Virus record (IMG/VR): IMGVR_UViG_3300029319_000019
Location: 1-64,000 of that record
Direction: 5' to 3' (one strand)
From: a virus
DNA length: 64,000 nt
Under the pieces are notes generated by a model that was not told where the DNA came from, did not search any database, and saw only the letters and a program-made list of their open reading frames with translations. The first letter of the stretch is position 1; the number at the start of each line of letters is the position of its first letter. The position numbers and the translations under genes were made by a program. Below are positions 30,704 through 40,170 of this stretch, piece after piece.

Positions 30704-31152
30704 TAGTCTCTATCTAAGTCAAATACACCTGGCTCGATGAATCCACCCATTTGGTACATCATCTTTTTACCGCCCATTCCCATCTTTTTCTTTCCACCCA
30801 TCATTTTCTTCTCTCCACCTTTCTTCATCATCGTTTTAGCCATAGCTGGGCCTTTCTTGCTTATCTTTTTGATAGCTTTGACAATTTTTCTTTTCCTTTT
30901 CTTTTTCGCTCTTTCTTCCTGTCGCATCTCTTTTTTAACGTTCTTCTTCTCATCTTCAGTCAATGGTCTCGCAGTCTTAGGACTACCACCCATCTGCATC
31001 TTACCTTTACCGTCAGCTGCAAAGAAAGGAACCTTCTTACCATCTTTCATGACCATCTTCAGCTTACCGCCGTCCTTCATCATCTTCTTTTTACCACCGT
31101 ACATCATCATCTTTTTCTTAGATCCTCCGTACATCATTTTTTTCTTATTCAT
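30703..31152 (-). CDS. Lys/Met-rich low-complexity basic protein with repeated xxGG motifs
   Basis: KKKMMYGG-type repeats; ATG at 31152 preferred over TTG at 31158. Confidence 0.75.
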   Translation of the reverse strand: MNKKKMMYGGSKKKMMMYGGKKKMMKDGGKLKMVMKDGKKVPFFAADGKGKMQMGGSPKTARPLTEDEKKNVKKEMRQEERAKKKRKRKIVKAIKKISKKGPAMAKTMMKKGGEKKMMGGKKKMGMGGKKMMYQMGGFIEPGVFDLDRD

Positions 31153-31176
31153 TTTCAAAAATATTTATAATTATAA

Positions 31177-31866
31177 TTATCGTTTTGGTGCAGGTCTACC
31201 CTGACCTTGATCCTGTAATGTATCATTAGTAGTATCATTTACTGATGACGATAACATCATAAGCTCTCCACTCATAATACCTTGTGTTATTGTTTGTAAC
31301 ATATCCATTGGTATAGGAAAGTCTGAATCACTATCATAGCAATCAGATCCATCACAATCAAATAGAGCAACATCTTCTGGATCTTCAAATATTCCTCTCA
31401 CATTTATAAATTTCAAACCATCTGCATTGTATACATACAAATAATCTTCAATCATATAAGCTTTCATTTTATTTTTAGTGTACTTATCAAAAGGTAACCA
31501 TTGAACTGTATGTGATTCTACTATAGGTATATTAGCTTTACCATCAATAGCTCCTACATAAGTAACTGCATCCTTAAAATTAAATCTAACTGTTTTTGGT
31601 ATCTTCTTAACTGTTCTATATACAGCACACTCTGTTGGTAAATTGCAACATTTAGATGCATCTACCTTTATTAATTCTAAACATCCTAAATCTTGTTCTA
31701 GGTGTCTAGTAATCATACCGTTTCTAGCAAAGTCCCTACGTATGAGCATAGCTCTGTAGTACTTTACATTAAATTTAATTTGACTAGTAGATATATGATC
31801 ATTATTGCTAGATCTACCTCCTCTAACTAAATTTAAAATATTGTATGAAATTTCATTTAATGTCAT
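31177..31866 (-). CDS. Putative tail ring / structural protein
   Basis: MTLNEISYNI..., YLYVYN, INVRGIFEDPED and FPIP..M patterns of crAss-like ring proteins. Confidence 0.65.
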   Translation of the reverse strand: MTLNEISYNILNLVRGGRSSNNDHISTSQIKFNVKYYRAMLIRRDFARNGMITRHLEQDLGCLELIKVDASKCCNLPTECAVYRTVKKIPKTVRFNFKDAVTYVGAIDGKANIPIVESHTVQWLPFDKYTKNKMKAYMIEDYLYVYNADGLKFINVRGIFEDPEDVALFDCDGSDCYDSDSDFPIPMDMLQTITQGIMSGELMMLSSSVNDTTNDTLQDQGQGRPAPKR

Positions 31867-31869
31867 TTG

Positions 31870-33000
31870 TTATATGTTAGTTTGTAAATATCCTTCATAT
31901 CCACGCGCTTTACTCCATATATGTGCTTGTCCTGTTCTTTTGGCTTCGTATCCCATCATCTTATGCCAAGCATCGTTAGCACAGATAGATGGTATAAATC
32001 TTACTTTTATTCCTCTAAACTCATCAACTCTTTCTTTATGTTTATGTCCACAGTGTACCTCTCTAAACGTAGCTTGTGCAAATAGCATAGGCTGTTCAGT
32101 TGCCATTATTAGTGGCATATCAGCTGTCTTTTCTTTATCTCCGTGTGTAAACATAATTAAGTTAACTCCGTATTTATAATATTTTCTAGAGTCAAAGTTG
32201 TTATCAACACTAACTCTTTCATCGTTTTTAAAGAATGCTCTTAGGTATTCACCTGCATAAAACATTCTTTCATAGTCGTGGTTACCTTGTACAACAACCA
32301 CATCTACTGGTGCAGTATCGGCTAAGTAGTTTATTGCTCTTACCATTAAGTTACAATATCCTACAAATGTTTCTTGCCACTCTGCTGAATCCTGCTGAGG
32401 TGTACCTTTTGTGGTAGCACGGGAATATCCCTCAGAGTTCATACCATCATTACCTATTGGTAATAAGATTTTTTCTATATCTAAGCCTTCTGCTTTAGCT
32501 AGTAAATCTTTTACAGTATTCATATACTCTTCCTCAGCTTCGTCAAGTGTCTGTCCAGTGTATTTACCATAGTGTATATCTGGTAAAGAGATCTCATATA
32601 CTACTGGGTCTTTGACAGCGTTGTAGTCCTTTTCAACCTTTGGGCTGTAAGACTCTAGAAGTGCAAGTATTTCTTCCTTTGCTTTCTTCATTAGATCGTC
32701 TTCTCCTTTTACTACAACAGAGAATCTATGATCCCCTTGCATGTTTTGCCAAAACTTAACAGACTTGACATCTGTTTCTTCTATTTCATTTTCTTTTAAG
32801 AACTTTTTGAACTCACTTATTTCTGACGCATTTACATTGTCTAGATCAAAGTTAGATCCTTTTGCTTCAAGCCTAGCTTCTTTCAAAGCATGTCTGCATG
32901 TTTCAACACTGCAGTTTAGTCTCTCAGACAATCGTTCGGCACCTTCATTCAGGTAACCAGGCTTCTCTTTTAGAAAAGCCTTAATTTCACTTTTAGTCAT
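31870..33000 (-). CDS. Calcineurin-like metallophosphoesterase with N-terminal HTH-like segment
   Basis: DIHYG, GND, GNHD, HGD and GHKH metal-binding motifs in order. Confidence 0.85.
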   Translation of the reverse strand: MTKSEIKAFLKEKPGYLNEGAERLSERLNCSVETCRHALKEARLEAKGSNFDLDNVNASEISEFKKFLKENEIEETDVKSVKFWQNMQGDHRFSVVVKGEDDLMKKAKEEILALLESYSPKVEKDYNAVKDPVVYEISLPDIHYGKYTGQTLDEAEEEYMNTVKDLLAKAEGLDIEKILLPIGNDGMNSEGYSRATTKGTPQQDSAEWQETFVGYCNLMVRAINYLADTAPVDVVVVQGNHDYERMFYAGEYLRAFFKNDERVSVDNNFDSRKYYKYGVNLIMFTHGDKEKTADMPLIMATEQPMLFAQATFREVHCGHKHKERVDEFRGIKVRFIPSICANDAWHKMMGYEAKRTGQAHIWSKARGYEGYLQTNI

Positions 33001-33016
33001 TATATTGGTCTATTGG

Positions 33017-33436
33017 TTATTTTTTTTCTGTATCATTTTTTTTGGAACTACCACCAAAAAAGAAATCAACAATTGTGTTAACTTTTGCACTCATTGCCCC
33101 AAAGATAGTGGAAATAAAACTAATTTCAAACTCTCCTAAGTTAATGTCTCCCAGCACAAAGTGATTAAACATCACAAAACTAATGCCAAAGTATGCAACT
33201 GTGAACAAAGTTGCTAACACTTTTTGGATGATAGCATCGTCCTTATACATGTCTCTTGCAGACTTGCGATCTTCTACTTCTTTAGCAAAAGCTTCGCGCT
33301 CTGCTTCTAACATTATCTTTTGTAATTCTATTTTAGCCTGATCTCTTTCTTTATCAGTTGTAATTACTTTGTCCAATATTCCTTCGGCGTTGTCTAGAAC
33401 TTTACCAAACAGTCCGCCCATTACTTTTTGTATCAT
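33017..33436 (-). CDS. Putative holin
   Basis: Amphipathic N-terminus, DRKSAR motif, two hydrophobic segments, FFFGGS and a basic tail; near a putative endolysin. Confidence 0.7.
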   Translation of the reverse strand: MIQKVMGGLFGKVLDNAEGILDKVITTDKERDQAKIELQKIMLEAEREAFAKEVEDRKSARDMYKDDAIIQKVLATLFTVAYFGISFVMFNHFVLGDINLGEFEISFISTIFGAMSAKVNTIVDFFFGGSSKKNDTEKK

Positions 33437-33437
33437 A

Positions 33438-33893
33438 TTAATATCCTGTTGTTATTCCTTGCTGTGATGTACTTAGATTTCTTTCATGTAAATTTCTACC
33501 TCCTTCATAATCCAGTAAAACATCTACGTTTTGTGTTGCTTTAATTACAAAATTATACATGTTACCGTGTGTACATGGATGATCTGTAAATAATGATAAT
33601 GTAGATCCTACAGGTATAGTAACACTTTTTATGTGATAGTATATTTTTTGATCAGCTTTAGTTGCATAATCATCAGCATCAATATTATAATTACTATCAT
33701 CGTTACGCCCATGCAGTTTCACAGTCTTATCTATATTATAAGTTTCTAAGTATACATCTACAACTGCGTCAGTAGAATCTACGTTAGCTATTTGACATTT
33801 ATGTATGGTAACATTATTATCACCATAAATATCACTTCTCCTAATAAGAATCTGTTCAACAGTTGTCGTTATATTTCTATATATATATTTCAT
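33438..33893 (-). CDS. Hypothetical beta-rich structural protein
   Basis: 151-aa ORF in operon; IANV...VDVYL...IKSVTIPVGSTL pattern. Confidence 0.55.
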   Translation of the reverse strand: MKYIYRNITTTVEQILIRRSDIYGDNNVTIHKCQIANVDSTDAVVDVYLETYNIDKTVKLHGRNDDSNYNIDADDYATKADQKIYYHIKSVTIPVGSTLSLFTDHPCTHGNMYNFVIKATQNVDVLLDYEGGRNLHERNLSTSQQGITTGY

Positions 33894-33899
33894 TCTATT

Positions 33900-34817
33900 T
33901 TAAGATGGTATTAAAGTTTTAATAACCACAGTCATTGATATTTGAATAGTATCACCTGTACTACCATCTCCTCTTATAGCTGGATAAATCATATCACCAG
34001 CGCTTAATGTAAAATCTCTACTTAAATCTTCTACCTTAGCAGCAACATTATTAAAAGTTCCGCCATCTTTGTCAGCTGCAGCGTAAGCTCTTAATGTTGC
34101 GTTTATAGAATTTGTAGTGCCCCAATCAGGAACACCCACGAACAAACCAGCTGCAAACTGTCTATCACCGTTAGCATTTCTACCAGCTCCGTATATTCCT
34201 ACTAACTTACCAGCGTAAGGTACCCTAACACCGGCATGTTGATATTGCTTTGCTACAGATATAGTAGTACTACCAACTGTTGTCGCGTTTTGATTAGAGT
34301 CGATAGTCCAAGTATGATTTGATATACCGTTACCACCAGGAAACTCCCAATCGCCATTAGCTTGAACCGTAGAGTTACCTAAGAAAGATATGTATTGATA
34401 ATGGTATCTAGCATCAACGTGAGACTTTAAACCTGCCGGCGTTACTGCTCTAGCCGTATCAGTTCCTGTATCAGCTTCTCCAGTTGTTGCTAACTCAACA
34501 ATCCCTTTATTAGACGTACTAGCGTCTTCTCCAGCTATAGTAATAGTTCCAACACCTCCAGAAGTATCTATACCTTCACCGCCAGCTATAGTAAAGTTGG
34601 CATCGCCCGACGTCACTTGCGTCGCGTTTAAATCATCTGCCAAAAGCTGAACGGATGTTATATCGCCAGCTGGAACATTGGCTTTTACTATTTTATTATT
34701 AGCATCAAGACCAAGCATACCACCACTAGAAATAGTACCCGCGCTTACATCTTCTAAGTAAACATCGCTTCTAAATCTAGCAATTAAATCTTGTATGTAT
34801 TGACCTATAAACTTCAT
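33900..34817 (-). CDS. Tail or head fibre protein
   Basis: Tail-fibre repeat ASTSNKGIVELAT...AVTPAGLK followed by a beta-rich C-terminal domain. Confidence 0.65.
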   Translation of the reverse strand: MKFIGQYIQDLIARFRSDVYLEDVSAGTISSGGMLGLDANNKIVKANVPAGDITSVQLLADDLNATQVTSGDANFTIAGGEGIDTSGGVGTITIAGEDASTSNKGIVELATTGEADTGTDTARAVTPAGLKSHVDARYHYQYISFLGNSTVQANGDWEFPGGNGISNHTWTIDSNQNATTVGSTTISVAKQYQHAGVRVPYAGKLVGIYGAGRNANGDRQFAAGLFVGVPDWGTTNSINATLRAYAAADKDGGTFNNVAAKVEDLSRDFTLSAGDMIYPAIRGDGSTGDTIQISMTVVIKTLIPS

Positions 34818-35284
34818 TAATCAAAATCAATATATTCTATTGTTACTTCTTCTCCATTAGCTATTGCCTTTGCAATAGACGGATAAATCCTTTTATAAGC
34901 GTTAACGCTTTTACCAACAAACCCGTCAGGTAGTAGTTGGTTATTTTCCTGTGCATCGCCAACGATAAGACACCCAGCAGTGTGCTCGTCAGTGTTTCCA
35001 GTATGAATAAGAATATACTCAAAGTTAGGAACATCAGTGACATGCAACATACCACGGTGTATACCAGGATATTTTTTAGTATATCTTTCATGAAATCCAC
35101 CTTCTTTTCTTAATTCTATTTTATATGTGCCTGCAGGTACTCTAGTTTCACCTCTAACTTTTAAAGCTCTACGCTCGTCTTCAAGTGTGTAACAGAGAAA
35201 TTTATTACCCATATCACCCTCTTCAAATAATAAACCTGAAGTTGAGTCTGCTTCTGAGCTAAATCTTAATACTTTTAGTTTCAT
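34817..35284 (-). CDS. DUF5675-family protein, putative L,D-transpeptidase-fold endolysin
   Basis: CYTLED, ETRVPAGTY and ILIHTGNT..HTAGCLIVG (His/Cys) motifs. Confidence 0.8.
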   Translation of the reverse strand: MKLKVLRFSSEADSTSGLLFEEGDMGNKFLCYTLEDERRALKVRGETRVPAGTYKIELRKEGGFHERYTKKYPGIHRGMLHVTDVPNFEYILIHTGNTDEHTAGCLIVGDAQENNQLLPDGFVGKSVNAYKRIYPSIAKAIANGEEVTIEYIDFD

Positions 35285-37683
35285 TGTACAATTATTATTG
35301 TTGTAAAGTTTACCTTATCTTTAGTAACCTTTAAATAGTTTATACCTTTTTCTAATTTTATTCTTCTTACATTTTTATAGAAAACATGATCCGTACCTAA
35401 GTTGTCTATTACTAATACATCTACCTCTTCTTTAAAGTTTATGTAATCTTTTGTTGGATTAGGATATGGTATAAGCGCTGATCTTTCATACATTGCAATG
35501 TCTGTCGGTCCTGACCAGCCATCTTCACAATATGCGTATAATGCGTCACATGTGCCATCCCATGTATCATCACAGCAATAAGGATCTACCTGTATTACCC
35601 ACTCAAAACAAGCGTTAGGAATATAATATACATCACCAGAGTTACACCCAGCACTATAATAACACGAACTGTCTGCCACGTTAGCAAGCGGATTGTAATT
35701 AATAGCGGTCGCATCAGTGCAGCCAGACAAAGGATAAATACAGCTACCATTATCAGTATTTGCATTATCATCGTAATTAAGTGCTGTGCTGTCGGTACAT
35801 CCATAATAGTAAGGTATACAGTTTCCATTATCAGTATTACAAGTATCGCAATAGTTCCACATAGTTGGATCAATACACCCAAATATTACAGGTATGCAAG
35901 ATCCATCGTCAGTGTTAGCTAACGCATTATAATTAAAGGCTGCACCATCAGTACAGCCCCAGATAACGGGTATGCATGAACCATCATCTGTATTCGCTAA
36001 TATGTCATAGTTAAAAGCTGTACTATCCGTACAACCTAGTACAACATCTATACATGTACCATCATCAGCATTTGCTAATGGGTTATAGTTTATTGCATCA
36101 ACATCCATACATCCGTATACAAAAGGAGTACAAGATCCATTGTCTGTATTAGCAAGAGGATCAAAATTAAACATTGTACTATCTGTACATCCATATATAA
36201 ATGGTATGCAACTACCATTGTCTGTGTTTGCTAATGAGTTATAATTAAACATTGTATTATCTGTGCAACCAAAAATAATTGGAACACATGAGCCGTCATC
36301 TGTATTTGCTAACGGATTGTAGTTAAAGGCTGTGACGTCTAAACAACCTAAAACTACGGGCGTGCACGACCCATCATCCGTGTTTGCTAAGGAATCATAA
36401 TTAAAAGCTGTTACATCTGTACAACCGTATATATAAGGAATACAGCTACCATCGTCTACATTTGCATTAATATTGTAGTTTAACATTGTAGGATCAGTGC
36501 ATCCTTCTACTACTTCTATACAAGAGCCTGCTATTTCTACATTTGCAAGAGAGTCGTAATTTAACGCAGTACTGTCCATACACCCTATCACAACTAAAGT
36601 AGCACATGACCCATCATCATAATCATAAGAAGCGTCGTATTCTAAATATATAGGATTAGTACATCCTGGATTATAGTAACAACTTCCATCGTCTGTATTT
36701 ACTGTATCATTATAGTTTACAGCTAAGCTGTCTATACATCCGTACGTTCTTTCTATACAAGTATTACCACAATATGGTTGTCCTATAATAGGAAAGAATG
36801 GTGGTATAGGATTAACAAAACCACCTTCTATGTCTATTGCATAATAATCTTCTGAGTATAAAGAATAGCCACATTGTACTGCAGTAAAGTCTGATTGTTG
36901 TGTTATTTCAAATATTGCTCTAACAGGATAACCTGCTGCTAAATTTATAAAGAACGTTGTATCAAAACCATCTACTAAAGTATAAGTTCCAATGTCTTGA
37001 TAGTTGAATGGCGGTATTAAACTAGTTGCTTGTGCTAACTTTAAACTAGATCCAGCCCAACCATTACCAGCTAAATCTGTTAATTCTAACTCATGCATAC
37101 AGCTATCTATGTTTATATCTGTATTAGCTGAGTCTAAATAATTATATGCTAATGAGTCTGTACAACCGTATATTCTTGGTGTAAAGCACATTCCCGTGTC
37201 TAATGTAGCTGCTATGTCAAACTCTACATAGCTACTATCCATACACCCAAATACTGGAGGGGGCGGAGGGCACCCTGACGTATATATTGTATCATACATA
37301 AAGCTACCAAAGTCAGCCATAGGCAGCTCCCAAATAGTGTCGCCACATTGTTCTATATATACAGAACCATCATTACCACCCCATAAACTACCTGCTATAC
37401 CATCACCGTATGTATCATTGATAACAAAATAAAAACTATCAATAGGTGCACAAGCTGCAGCATATTGTGGTTCATAATCTATAATGTTTGTGTATGGCCC
37501 ACCTTGCATTAGTGTATCACCAAAGAAAGTCATTATATACCAAGACGTTTCTTCTGGATATTGATCAGGATTTATAGTAACATTTAAACTCCACGTACCT
37601 GGAGGGCATTGTCCAAATGTTGTAGCTACAGTAAATACTGTAACCATAATTAGTGCATATAATGTTTTTGTAAAATTATTCAT
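35281..37683 (-). CDS. Secreted Cys/Asp-repeat protein with signal peptide and T9SS type-A C-terminal sorting domain
   Basis: Signal peptide ending TFG|Q; 16 GCxDxxAxNY...DDGSC repeats; C-terminal PYPNPT...DNLG...KGINYLKV...TIIIVQ. Confidence 0.8.
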   Translation of the reverse strand: MNNFTKTLYALIMVTVFTVATTFGQCPPGTWSLNVTINPDQYPEETSWYIMTFFGDTLMQGGPYTNIIDYEPQYAAACAPIDSFYFVINDTYGDGIAGSLWGGNDGSVYIEQCGDTIWELPMADFGSFMYDTIYTSGCPPPPPVFGCMDSSYVEFDIAATLDTGMCFTPRIYGCTDSLAYNYLDSANTDINIDSCMHELELTDLAGNGWAGSSLKLAQATSLIPPFNYQDIGTYTLVDGFDTTFFINLAAGYPVRAIFEITQQSDFTAVQCGYSLYSEDYYAIDIEGGFVNPIPPFFPIIGQPYCGNTCIERTYGCIDSLAVNYNDTVNTDDGSCYYNPGCTNPIYLEYDASYDYDDGSCATLVVIGCMDSTALNYDSLANVEIAGSCIEVVEGCTDPTMLNYNINANVDDGSCIPYIYGCTDVTAFNYDSLANTDDGSCTPVVLGCLDVTAFNYNPLANTDDGSCVPIIFGCTDNTMFNYNSLANTDNGSCIPFIYGCTDSTMFNFDPLANTDNGSCTPFVYGCMDVDAINYNPLANADDGTCIDVVLGCTDSTAFNYDILANTDDGSCIPVIWGCTDGAAFNYNALANTDDGSCIPVIFGCIDPTMWNYCDTCNTDNGNCIPYYYGCTDSTALNYDDNANTDNGSCIYPLSGCTDATAINYNPLANVADSSCYYSAGCNSGDVYYIPNACFEWVIQVDPYCCDDTWDGTCDALYAYCEDGWSGPTDIAMYERSALIPYPNPTKDYINFKEEVDVLVIDNLGTDHVFYKNVRRIKLEKGINYLKVTKDKVNFTTIIIVQ
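35660..36745 (-). repeat. Tandem array of 14 ~26-aa (~78-nt) GCTD...DDGSC repeats
   Basis: Counted directly in the translation; boundaries approximate. Confidence 0.9.
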
Positions 37684-37690
37684 TATTATA

Positions 37691-38410
37691 TTATAAAGTT
37701 ATTCCTACTCTGCTAGCTATATCTTCTCTAACTAGCGTAGCGTCTGAATCGCTAAGAACTTCGTTATATATAGCAACTTCGTATATTGTTCCATTAAAAG
37801 GGTTTGAACCTCCTGTGCCTTGAGAACCCAATACTTCAAGGTTAAAATCAGACCCAGTACTATTTGCTAAAGCAAAATTGTCAAGGTCAGCGTTTACTCC
37901 TATGGTTACAGTGTTATCACCTTCTTGTCTAAACATTACTATAAACTTTTCTACTCCTCCATTTCCTTCAAAACTAAAGTCAGTAGAATGACTCACAATA
38001 AGGTCAAGTGAGTTATCAGCTCTTTTTGTCCTAAACTCATTATCAGCAGTTTGATTTATTCTTATAAAGTCAGCAGCGTTAGAGCTAGATAAAAAAGTCA
38101 TAGAAGTAGCACTGTCTGGCTCCATAGCAACAAACATAGTAAACGTAGATGTTGTTATTGTAGATGTTAAATCATAGTGGTCTCCATCATCATGATTAAA
38201 GTCAATACCACCATCTTCTACAGTTCCTTGCCTTGAAGAGGTTGATTGAGCTACGTGATTATCATTACCGCTAGAATCATCCCATTGAGCAGCAGTAACA
38301 CCTTCTCCATTTTTAAGCCATAGTTGTAAACCGCTAATATCAGATAAAGAAAACTCTGACAAAGGTCTATTACCACTAGATGATGTTGTATTTGATATTC
38401 CTAATCTCAT
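37691..38410 (-). CDS. LamG/concanavalin-A-like domain protein
   Basis: GLQLWL...QWDDSSGNDNH and FNGTIYEVAIYNEVLS motifs. Confidence 0.75.
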   Translation of the reverse strand: MRLGISNTTSSSGNRPLSEFSLSDISGLQLWLKNGEGVTAAQWDDSSGNDNHVAQSTSSRQGTVEDGGIDFNHDDGDHYDLTSTITTSTFTMFVAMEPDSATSMTFLSSSNAADFIRINQTADNEFRTKRADNSLDLIVSHSTDFSFEGNGGVEKFIVMFRQEGDNTVTIGVNADLDNFALANSTGSDFNLEVLGSQGTGGSNPFNGTIYEVAIYNEVLSDSDATLVREDIASRVGITL

Positions 38411-38766
38411 TAAAATTTACTCATTATTAGTTCGTCTATATAGTTTTGCACCTCTTTTCTTGTTGCTTGCATAGCAAAACTAAGATCTGCTTGAAATCTT
38501 TTTACTTCTTCACCGTCATCAAATATTATAATAGTTGGTACTACAGCTATTTGATATTTCTTTTGTAAATCATTATTGTCTATCATATATGATTCTTTAT
38601 CACAATCTCCTAGTTTGTTAAACCACTCTACACTGTTTTGTTCATTCCAACTAGCATTAAATTGCATCGCGGTCACCTGAGCTGAGCACGTAACACAAAC
38701 CAGCAATAATGGCAATACTAGCAAGTATGTCGCAAATGTTTTCCATATTAAATTTAGTTTTTTCAT
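38410..38766 (-). CDS. Exported thioredoxin-fold protein lacking CxxC
   Basis: Signal peptide ending CSA|Q; QFNASWN in place of F.A.WCxxC; KYQIAVVPTIIIFDDGEEVKRF cis-Pro region. Confidence 0.75.
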   Translation of the reverse strand: MKKLNLIWKTFATYLLVLPLLLVCVTCSAQVTAMQFNASWNEQNSVEWFNKLGDCDKESYMIDNNDLQKKYQIAVVPTIIIFDDGEEVKRFQADLSFAMQATRKEVQNYIDELIMSKF

Positions 38767-39042
38767 TTATCTTAATTCATCAATCTTATCTTCCATTCTA
38801 ATCATTCGCTCTTCTAATTTTTTAACATCATCACGTGTTTCTATGATTGTATTACGAATGTTTATATCCTTCATATCAAATTCCATTTTTGATACTTCAG
38901 GTTTTGGAAGCTCTTTTGCTTCTGATATGTCAGCTTGTAATGTAAACCACATACCAACAAGAGTAAAAATAAGTGCTGCAATACCTGCTAATGTTTTTAT
39001 ACTTATTTTAAAGCTAGTGTCTTCGTTTAATTCCTTTGCCAT
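38767..39042 (-). CDS. Single-TM protein with C-terminal coiled coil
   Basis: TM LAGIAALIFTLVGMWF followed by heptads; ATG at 39042 (MAKEL) preferred over TTG at 39090. Confidence 0.65.
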   Translation of the reverse strand: MAKELNEDTSFKISIKTLAGIAALIFTLVGMWFTLQADISEAKELPKPEVSKMEFDMKDINIRNTIIETRDDVKKLEERMIRMEDKIDELR

Positions 39043-39132
39043 TTTATTTTTTACATTTTGCAGAACAGTATCCGTAGCATACTTTTCCAAAAGTTAAAAA
39101 TTTAATTATATTACATAGTGTCTTTTTCATAT

Positions 39133-40167
39133 CTAAAATATTATATAGTTTATACCTAATTTAAAATCGTACCACTCTTTGTTCCAGTACTTGTTATATT
39201 TACCTTCAATAAAGCATCCTAAATTTTTAGTAGCTTTTAATCCAAATATTAAACCCCCTGAGTAATCATACCACTGTTCTCCATTATTGAAGTTGTGGTA
39301 TGAGTATTGTCCGCCATCATCATAGTGATAAGGCATTAGGTTACCCCAGGAATGTAACCAAAAGTTTTTCTTGTAGTAGTAATAATCAAATCCTACTACT
39401 ATTGAATATTGCCATTGATTAGCTAGTGCGTTTCTCTTTTTCTCTACATACTCTTCTAACACCTGTGGTATAACCACCTCATTCCAAACTTCTGCGCTAG
39501 TAGCAACAACATTTCCGTTAGGATCACTATACTCAGATTCATATACATCAACGCTATATCCTTGTTCAATAGCTAGCTGAGTGTAGTGTAAATTACCAGA
39601 TTGCATTGTCCATTCTTCTAATGGATCATAACCGTATGGTTCAGCTAATCTAGTAACTCCTCCAAAATTAAACGATAACTTTTTGTTACCTCGTAATCTA
39701 AATCTTTGCGTTGCTTCATAGTATTCTATATCTGCAAACCCATCTTTAATATACTCTACTTTTGTAAACCAAATAGGTCTTACATATCGTATAAAATGAT
39801 GTTGATCTAAATACTCTATACCTTCTTGTCTTTTATATTCTATCTCAAATAGATACTCAAAGGGATTTCTTCCTACACTTGCTGCATCAGAAAAAGATGT
39901 TTCTGTACCATCTTTAAACGGTGATGTGCCTTCATATTGAAACCTTTGTATCTTACGTATGCCCATAGCTAATGAATAGTCATATGGGGTACGTATTGTA
40001 TCATATACAAGACTACTACCATCTACAGAATATACTTCTCTATCTGATAGTGATGTGCCGCCATTTGCTGCTACATAGAATGTAGAAAACTTAAAAGCTT
40101 TTCTAAACTGTGCAGTTGCAGATAGTGACGCAAAAAGAAATACTAATATAAGTACTCTCAATTTCAT
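39133..40167 (-). CDS. Putative outer-membrane beta-barrel protein
   Basis: Signal peptide ending ATA|Q, aromatic-rich alternating strands, C-terminal FKLGINYIIF beta-signal. Confidence 0.75.
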   Translation of the reverse strand: MKLRVLILVFLFASLSATAQFRKAFKFSTFYVAANGGTSLSDREVYSVDGSSLVYDTIRTPYDYSLAMGIRKIQRFQYEGTSPFKDGTETSFSDAASVGRNPFEYLFEIEYKRQEGIEYLDQHHFIRYVRPIWFTKVEYIKDGFADIEYYEATQRFRLRGNKKLSFNFGGVTRLAEPYGYDPLEEWTMQSGNLHYTQLAIEQGYSVDVYESEYSDPNGNVVATSAEVWNEVVIPQVLEEYVEKKRNALANQWQYSIVVGFDYYYYKKNFWLHSWGNLMPYHYDDGGQYSYHNFNNGEQWYDYSGGLIFGLKATKNLGCFIEGKYNKYWNKEWYDFKLGINYIIF

Positions 40168-40170
40168 ATA

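Noticed and set aside
30737-31204. Plus-strand 155-aa and 139-aa ORFs (Phe/Ile-rich and His/Leu-rich)
   Set aside because: They are antisense shadows of the Lys/Met low-complexity gene.
35660-36745. 78-nt periodic array as CRISPR
   Set aside because: It is an in-frame protein repeat with degenerate codons, with no constant repeat/unique spacer structure and no cas genes.
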